The position numbers and the translations under genes are program-made. From NCBI RefSeq assembly GCF_009914755.1, contig NC_060926.1: a stretch of 64,000 nucleotides of DNA; one strand, given 5' to 3'. The DNA is from the human T2T-CHM13v2.0 reference genome, Homo sapiens. Positions 55,880 to 64,000 of this stretch are shown here, piece after piece; position 1 is the first letter of the stretch, and each line of letters starts with the position of its first letter. Under the pieces are notes generated by a model that did not search any database, was not told where the DNA came from, and saw only the letters and a list, made by a program, of their open reading frames with translations.

Positions 55880-58142
55880 TACAACCATGGTTTGAAAGGT
55901 GGTGATGAATGTTGAATTGACTTGTTCTTTGAGCCAATACCTGCTGGAAACCACTGTGACCAGCTGTTGCTCAGTGAACTTGGAATGCATGGTCAAGATA
56001 AGGCTCAGCCCCGGATGCTGCAGAAGCTTGCAGAGGAGGGAGGGGCGGGTGTCACAGGCAGACCCCATCAGCAGACACCGCATTGGAATGTGGTGGCGTG
56101 AAGGCTGCAGGAGGGGCCCTGGCACGGTGTGTGGGGCCCAGAGAAGAAAGGAGCTACTCTGCTTGGTGGGTTTGATAATTGCCTCTAAGTGGGTGTATTT
56201 TAAAGGATAGAAATACACCCCTTCTAGCCTGGTGAGGCAGGCTAGAAAATGTTTAATAGACAACAAAATTTGATTGGGTAATGTTGATGGTAAAAGTTCT
56301 GTGAAGCTTGGAAAAGTGTTAATGGGCTCAACTTAAGAAAATTTTCTGGGGCTATGTAGTTAGGACTGTCATAGGGACAGCAGCCAGCGGAGAAGGAATA
56401 GTGTTCCTTTTCTTGAAGCTTCTCCTGACGCCAGGGCTGACTGCACTTTGAAGGGGCGTCTGGGTGCCAAGACACACCTCAAGGAGGGTACGGGAAGGTC
56501 AGCACTTTGAAAAATCAGAGGGAGGAGATTTTCCAGGTAGGTGGATGGTGAAGATTGGCTGGGCTATTACAGAGATGAAATCTAAATCTAAATCCAAATT
56601 CATATTGTTATTCCAAGTACACCATTCATCGTCATGCTGGAAACAGCATCCTGACGAGAAGTCTCTGAGCACTTGATTCCACTACGGGGCTCATGCTCAC
56701 GCGCTCTCACTCTCGCTCTCTGTCTGACCGTAGGGAGAATTGCCAGGTCGCAAAGATTCTTGGAGCTGTACACCTGCTCCCTCTCCCTGGGTGGTTTTGC
56801 ATTTATCACCTGTAATATTTTTCCTACTCCTTATCTTAGATCTTAGAGATCTCTGTCCTCCTATCTATTTCACAAGAATTTGAAATGATTAAGAAAATAG
56901 TTACATAAAGAAAAACACGTAAATAAAATACAAGAATTAGATGAGTTCAGAAACATATTCTATATTCAGAAAAAAACGTATTAAAATACAGGAACAAGAG
57001 TATAAAATAAAGAATGATGTGTCTGTCTAAAGGTGAATGAAAACATTCTAGCATCCTGACCTCTGTGACTCCTAATAAACACTGGTCAGAGTTCATGCCC
57101 CACGGCCTGTGTGTCCCTCTCCTTCCTCCTTGGAGTTGCTGCATTAAAGGCCACGCTGCAGTGTTTTCACGGCGCCTTCTGTGTGTGACGCATTTGGTCT
57201 GAGAAACACCCATAGAGCTACTGCTGAGTTTAAAAGAAGTAAACATCACCTCACATGACATATGTGAAACCCAGATCACTTTTTAAAGATAGTCTCCTTG
57301 GTATCTAATAAACTGGCTAAAGTTGGTGACAGTCCATCCTTCATTAAGTTATTCATTCAATAAATGGCATGTGCTTGAAATACACCAAACTTTGCGGGTA
57401 CTTTGTGTCTCCTAGAACTTCATATCTAATGAGGGAATTCTGTTTTAAACAATCACACTAATGAATACATAATTGCAGTTACAGCAAGTGTTTTGAAGCA
57501 AAATACAAAATGCTCTGAGAAAGTATAAGAAGGCCTCTTATAGGGGAATAACTTGTAGGGGATTATGGAAGGCCTCACTAACCGGGGATGTTTAACCTAA
57601 AACTTGAAGAATGAGTGGGAATCAGCCAGGTGAAGCAGACACACCTTAGGAGAAGGCTTTAGAGAGAAGAAACAGAATGCAGAGGGCCAGGGGCAGGAGA
57701 ACTTGGTGGTCATGGAGGAAGGGAGAAAAGGCCGGTATGTCTGGAACTGAGTGAATGAAGAGGGTGGAATGGTGTGGATTGAGGCTGGAGCTGCATCAGG
57801 CCTCATTACAGGTTAGAACTTTCTCCTTAGCTCGTGGAAATGCCCGTTCTTCATTCCTCTCAAAAGGGTTACACACAGCACCCTCCAGAGGCAGCACTGA
57901 ACACCAGCCCATGGCTCCAGCAGAAAAACTTGTCCAGCCTCTGTTGTATTTCCTGAATCACTTGTTATAGGTGACCTCACAGCATTGAGTTCTCAGCCTT
58001 AAAATAAAAAATTCCTCTTGATATTTGATCTCAAGTTCTCTACCCACGGTTTCCTACCCCGCAGACACAGTGTGGCCACCAAAGCTGCTTGGTTGGTTCT
58101 TTTCTGCATTATTTCTCTCTCTCTCTGTCTCTGTCTTTCTCC

Positions 58143-58459
58143 TTTTTTTTTTTTTTTTTTTTTTTTTTGGGAGACAGTCTCACTCTGTCGCCAGGCCAGA
58201 ATGCAGTGGCATGATCTCGGCTCACTGCAACCTCCACCTCCTGGGTTCAAACAATTCTTGTGCCTCAGCCTCCCGAGTAGTAGCTTTTTGTATTTTTGTA
58301 TTTGTTTTTTTTTTTTTTTGTATTTTTAATAGAGTATTTTTAGGGGTTTTGCTATGTTGGCCAGCTGGTCTGGAACTCCTGGTCTCTAGTGATCCTCCCA
58401 CCTTGGCCTCCCCAAGTCCCTCACCCTGGGATTATAGGCATGAGCCACAGCACCCGGCC
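58143..58459 (-). mobile_element. Rearranged Alu (internal deletion, duplicated linker tttttgtatttt)
   Basis: Long poly-T, both arms recognisable, tctgcatt on both flanks. Confidence 0.9.
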
Positions 58460-58841
58460 TCTGCATTCCTTTTCTTTTCCATGTCGCGGTCGCCTGTTGC
58501 GGCACATTCTTCAGTGTCTTCCACTTGCGCCCCATGGCCTTTCTGGCTTCAGATGCAGAACCTCTCCCGTTATAAACTGAAACTCAAGGCCTCATTTTAT
58601 ATGGGTCGAGAAAAATCTCAAATACTTAAGCTTATTGCATTTCCTTTTCTGTTCGCTCCTGCTAATTTTGAGTGTCATTTTATTCTTGGTTTGCCTGATA
58701 TTTTAAGGTTCTGTTCATACAGTCTTTTCCCCCAGGAGTTACATAATGACTTCAGTCACTTTAAAGAAGTTTTTAATCTGTCTGACAAAATTATTTTTTC
58801 CTTTGTGAAATGTCATCTCTGTTTCTTCTTTTTCCTGCTAG

Positions 58842-58917
58842 TTTTTTTCAGGATGGACTCAAAGCCGTGGAAAGCCTCAAACCTTCCATTGAAACGCTGT
58901 CTACGGATCTTCACACG
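58842..58917 (+). CDS. ASAP2: ASAP2 exon 8, 76 nt, (N)FFQDGLKAVESLKPSIETLSTDLHT
   Basis: Pyrimidine tract plus ctag acceptor (the only nearby AG that keeps frame), gtgagt donor, phase 2/0. Confidence 0.95.
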
Positions 58918-59196
58918 GTGAGTAGCTTCCCTCCCACTGTGGTTTAAAACCATCTTAATGCAACAGACATTTTCATCTAAATGTCACTTCTGTGTAATCC
59001 TGTGTTTTCATGCCGTGCCGCCCACGTGGAGTGTGGCGTTCCCACGCCTGTCCTCTGTCTTGGTGGGAGGGAAGGTTTGACCAGCGAGGGAGGCAGTTGT
59101 CGCATTGTGTGGAAATGGCCCCATGAGCACCAACGTTTCACTGTACCTCAGTCTTAATTTTCTGATTGGTTCTGTTGTGTGTGTGTGTTTTTAAAG

Positions 59197-59283
59197 ATCA
59201 AACAGGCCCAGGATGAAGAAAGAAGGCAGTTGATACAGCTTCGAGATATTTTGAAATCCGCATTGCAGGTTGAACAGAAAGAG
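59197..59283 (+). CDS. ASAP2: ASAP2 exon 9, 87 nt, IKQAQDEERRQLIQLRDILKSALQVEQKE (end of BAR domain)
   Basis: (TG)6T5-aaag acceptor, gtgagg donor, phase 0/0. Confidence 0.96.
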
Positions 59284-60139
59284 GTGAGGGGATTTAATTT
59301 TGAAAGATTGCGGTTTTCACCCCATTCTTGGAGGCTTTGGGTCTGAAGAACATGAAGTTCATGTCTTCTAGGAGCTCACAGTTCACTCGGGCTGTGTCAG
59401 GCACCAGTAAAACATTTAATGTATTCTTGCAATTTAGTTCTATAAAACCATCTTTTAAAATATGTTTATTTCAGGAGGAAGCATTTACTACATGCATGGC
59501 CTTAATGGCGGTGTATAAACCCTGTGCTCTGTCAGTTGCTAGATAAGGAGCTCTCAGTGGCTTCGTCACAGAGACCATGTGTCATTTGTGCTATTTATCC
59601 TGTACCTGGCCCTGTGTCATTTCCCTACCCTGACATACGTGGACTCTGCCCCTTTAGGCCTAGGCACGTAGCAGGGGACCAGCTGGGGCTCTGCCAGCCC
59701 TGAGATTGTGTTCTATAAAATATGAGGCATGAGCTTTTCTTACAGCTGCCTCCATCATGACAGGCAGAAATCCTTAGTTCTCTTACTTCCCCTCTTTCTG
59801 TAATGACGTCTCTGTGTGCTAACACGTCAGCAGGGACAGTTTGTGTTGTGGGGACTTGTTTTTAAAAAGCCATTAAAAAGTAAGTTTTAAAGATAATTTT
59901 ACTATATTTTCACTACAATGTGGGTATCATAATGTGAATTTAGTATAAATCCATTTCCTTGTTAATAAAAGGAATGTATCTAAACATATATCTAGTGATT
60001 TTAGAGAAATTGCTAAACTACTTGACAGCATAAAGTTCCCTGTTGGCAGTTTGGTGAGCTCTATTTTATTGTAAGTTCTTGTACTATAACTGAATATTGT
60101 TGTTTTTCTCCCAAATGCGTTTACCTTTTGTGACCGAAG

Positions 60140-60148
60140 TCTAGGAGA
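60140..60148 (+). CDS. ASAP2: Alternative 9-nt microexon TCTAGGAGA (Ser-Arg-Arg)
   Basis: gaag|TCTAGGAGA|gtaagt, phase 0/0 matching the end of exon 9; upstream U-rich tract with TGC, downstream TGCATG. Confidence 0.82.
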
Positions 60149-60592
60149 GTAAGTAGTTCAGTATTTTAATAAATTGCAGAATTTTGCATGTTTTATTCGT
60201 GAACATACATATATATATTCCTTTTATATATTAATGGTTAGTAGCATTTTTTATTTTAACCCCTCACCTTTCATTGTTGTAGACTTTATTAAAGGCTGAA
60301 GAGTTTGCATAAATATTAGGGAAGTGGACATTTTCTGGGTTTACAGTTTACACTTTTGCTGCTGTTCCTTTATGAAGATGAAGCAGGTCCCTCCCTCCCT
60401 CCCTTTCTCTCCCCTGAGTGGCTGAATTCTACACATCTCTCTAGTCCCTCTGAAGCCCCACCTCTGGAGCGCTGCCTCTGATCACCCCAGCCCACAGTGA
60501 TCTGAGTTCACAGAGCACATCCTGTTTGAATGCCCCATTTGAATCACAGCCTATTCCTCTTTTTGAGTGTTGGTTGTGCCTTAAGTGCACAG

Positions 60593-60700
60593 ATGGCTTT
60601 TCACCAGCTGGACCTCGAGCAGCCTGAGGATGCCACCCTGCCTTCTGAGCCATTCTTCCATCACACTGTAGTGCCACAGCGCTCATTTAGTAGGATTTTG
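60593..60700 (+). CDS. Candidate alternative exon or coding part of an internal first exon, MAFHQLDLEQPEDATLPSEPFFHHTVVPQRSFSRIL
   Basis: cag|ATGG...TTG|gtaaac; 108 nt, stop-free, ends in phase 0; non-repetitive sequence. Confidence 0.4.
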
Positions 60701-62394
60701 GTAAACATGGGTCAACTAAGTGAGACACTGGCAGAGCAAGGTTATATTTAGTGCTAGAAAGGACCTACAACATGGTGACTTCCTCCTAGTCTAGAGAATG
60801 TAGGCCCTGACGCTTTGATATTCCCAATAAGCAAAAAAAGGAAAAAAAACTTGGCGTAAGGAGAAAATAGTGGGCTAGCGGTAACGAGGAGGAGGTAGTG
60901 CGAGGGCAGGAGCCAGAATGCCGTCCAAGGTGGCTGCTCCCCAGCGCACCGTTGGAAATGATCGAGAACTGCCTTTGTCTAAGAAGGAAGATCCAACCCA
61001 TGAAGCAAAGCTCAGGTTTAAAATAAGGCAGAGCAGCTGCTGGGGCCAAATGGCCCTCTGGGCACAGTGCAAAGGCTGTGTTTGCTTTGCCTGTGCAGAA
61101 TTAGGAGGTTTGGGAAAACGGGCTGTTGTGAGAGAACTGGTTATTTACAGCTTCGCAGGAAAGTAATAACAAATTTACCAGCACAGACCAGAAGTTCTTT
61201 ATAGTTTGTTGTTTTTTGTTAACCAGCCCATCTGCCCCTGATTGCACAGAGGGATCAAATGAACCTCCTTTACTATTCTTCTTTGGCTGTCTGCCCAGTT
61301 GGCTCCTTGTCAAGACCTAACTCAACAGTCTCCTAGTTGTGGGCGTGTTGTGTTTTCTGTGTATCATGCTCTGCGTTGCTTTTAGGTGATGGCATTCAGC
61401 AAGTTGGACAATCTTTGAACACAGTTGCAAGTAATAAGCAGATGTGAAAATGCTAAATTTTCTGTTTTAAAATGATTTTTATGATGGGGGTTCCATCTTG
61501 TATACCTCAAATTTGCAATAAGAATCGATCATTTGGTCATTATTGTTTAGGCCGTCATTCCCTTTGGTTGGATTTTCTTCTGTGACTTAGACAACTGAAG
61601 GTGTTAAGAGGATTTTTATTCAGTGTTATAAAAATTCTAACCCTCCCTGTGTAATAACAGTTGATAGAAATTAAGTAACATGCCCCAAAGAAACTGCCTT
61701 GATGGTTGGTAGAAGCCAGTGCTCCTCATTCTCTTCCTGTAAATCCCAAGCATCAGTTATTGAAGGAATGAAGAGTGGCCATTCCAGTGTGGTAGCTTCG
61801 TGCTGCTGTTTCCTTGTGACCCTGCAGCTTTGTTTTAGTGTGGAGCTTGTGCCGTTCTGGTCCCGGTGACCTCACACCTCCCAATCACTGGCCATTCATG
61901 TTTTGTTCTTGATATTTTCTGCTCTCTGTAAGGAGAATACTACTCTTTGGTATTTCCATTATTTTTCTTTGTGAAGGTTTTCATACTTGGAGAAAAGTTG
62001 AAAAATTGTGCAGTGACCACCCATAGTGCAATATTATACAATGAGGATCGAACTATGTACCATAGTGTTTGATTTTTGGAGAAGATCCTATTTACACAGT
62101 TAAACTCGTTGGCACTGCTCATCTTTGGTTGAGCTCTCTCCCCGTCAGCCTCGCCTCCTGCCTTCCCCATCCCACGTCGTCCATCCGATGGTGTTCTGCC
62201 AGGATGGACCCTGTTGGGGTGCTGGCGGAGTCCCAAAGCCTCATCACTTGTGTGCAGGCTCTCTCTGCTGTTTGATGTGGAGAACCCAGACTTGTGTGCT
62301 TCTATGGGGAGGATCAGGCTCTGGGGCATGGTCTCACAGGTCTGAGTGCTGAAACCACCATGGTTTTCCACTCTGCAGATCTCAAGTATGGTTG

Positions 62395-62475
62395 CTCTCT
62401 CTCTCTCTCTCTGTCTGTCTGTGTCTGTCTATCTCTCTCTGTCTGTCTCTATCTCTCTCTCTCTCTCTTTCTCTT
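62395..62475. repeat. Compound (CT)n/(CTGT)n microsatellite
   Basis: Directly visible. Confidence 0.92.
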
Positions 62476-62989
62476 GCTCCCTCTTTTTCAAGCATCCTGT
62501 CTAGTAGGATGTGATAGAACAGTTTGTGCCACCCAGGCAGCCAAGGTCCACCACAGCCATAATTTTCTTCTGCCTCTGGGTTCGCGTATCTTACATGCCC
62601 AAATCTGGCCTTCATCACAGAGATCTCTGCCAGGGGCCACCTGCCTGCCTCTCCTGCCAAGCTGCTAGGTAGCCTGGCTCTGGCCTCCATGTCACCCTCA
62701 GTGGAGGACTCGTTTGTTGATTCACACATCCAGCTACCCTTTCTTCCACTGTTACCCTAAGCCAGCACTCCACAAACACAACAGAACAAGATGGATCAGG
62801 TTATCATCTCTTCAGGGGATCATGCTCTGGGGGTGGGGACAGAGAAGCAATTGGGGTGCAGTGTAATGAGAGCACTCGTGGACATCAGCTCCAGGAAGCA
62901 GTGTCTGCCCAGTGCGGGCTGGGCAGGTGCCATCAGGGATGACTTCCCAAAGGCTGTGATACCTGGGATGGAGCTTAGAAGGATGATTA

Positions 62990-63300
<311 letters not shown>

Positions 63301-64000
63301 CTGGGGACGGGGCAGGAGTTAGCAGAGTCCCAGCAGGTGAGGCTGGTGGAGAGGACAGCTTCTGACTAGGACGGGGTTGCCTGGGGAGCTGTCTAGCAGA
63401 GCAGAAGAGCATGGATCTTGGCATTTGAATCCTGGGTCTCCCACTTCCTACCCTGCCCTGTGACACTGGGCAGGTTCCTGGACCTCTCCATGTCATGGTC
63501 TCCCCGTCTGTCAAATAGGAATAATACAGCCAACCTCAGAGTTTTCAGGAGATCTAAGAGATAATTTCTGTAGAGCACTTACCATATTATCTTAATAATA
63601 GTAAAATTATTTATTAATAATCTTAATAAATATTAATAAACTATCTTAATAGTTCATTCAACAAATACTGAGCTCCTAGGTGGTAAAGATACCGTAGTGA
63701 CCAAATTCCCTTCCCTCATGGTGTCGCGCTCTTAGAGGTTCAACAGGAATGGATACTGCTGCTGTCGTTGTGTGTGACATATCCCTTAGCCTCCTTGTTG
63801 GTCCGTCCTCTGGCCCTATGTCTTCATGGCTCTTGCCCCTCTTCCTTCTTCACTATCTGACTCAAGATGCTGTCATACCCAGCTCTAGGCTTCTCCTCTT
63901 ACTCCTGACCCAGGCCTTCCAGCCTCACCTGCCTCTCACCCACCTCTCTGTGTCCAGCCTGCGTCACATTCCACATTCACTCTAGGGGAGGAGGGACCTG

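Noticed and set aside
58025-58921. 298-aa ORF
   Set aside because: It is built from a CT/poly-T tract and an antisense Alu, and it overlaps ASAP2 exon 8 in the wrong frame.
63585-63655. AT-rich quasi-palindromic stretch
   Set aside because: Low-complexity sequence next to MIR/L2-like sequence; self-complementarity is expected by chance.

Overview
Primate (almost certainly human) genomic DNA from inside the ASAP2 (DDEF2/AMAP2) Arf-GAP gene on the + strand. Eight short coding exons (inferred exons 2-9, 723 nt, 241 codons) can be read directly. All have AG/GT boundaries and join in phase into the BAR domain (ALDVDRMVLYKM...KSALQVEQKE). The rest is intron, containing about 20 Alu/FLAM copies, MaLR LTRs (one three-layer nest), L1/L2/MIR/MER relics, a ~2.1 kb G-rich 34-bp VNTR and a ~1.1 kb CA-rich tract. 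Almost every long ORF in the supplied track is a repeat artefact. The most interesting part is the BAR-PH linker region (58.8-60.7 kb). It holds a 9-nt SRR microexon with neural-type motifs, a candidate 108-nt in-frame alternative exon or internal first exon, a CFTR-like (TG)6T5 acceptor and a competing frameshifting acceptor. There are also two near-perfect intronic hairpins and a snap-back duplication scar in an Alu. Gene identity and repeat subfamily names come from my recognition of the sequence, not from a database search. No prokaryote-type system is present.
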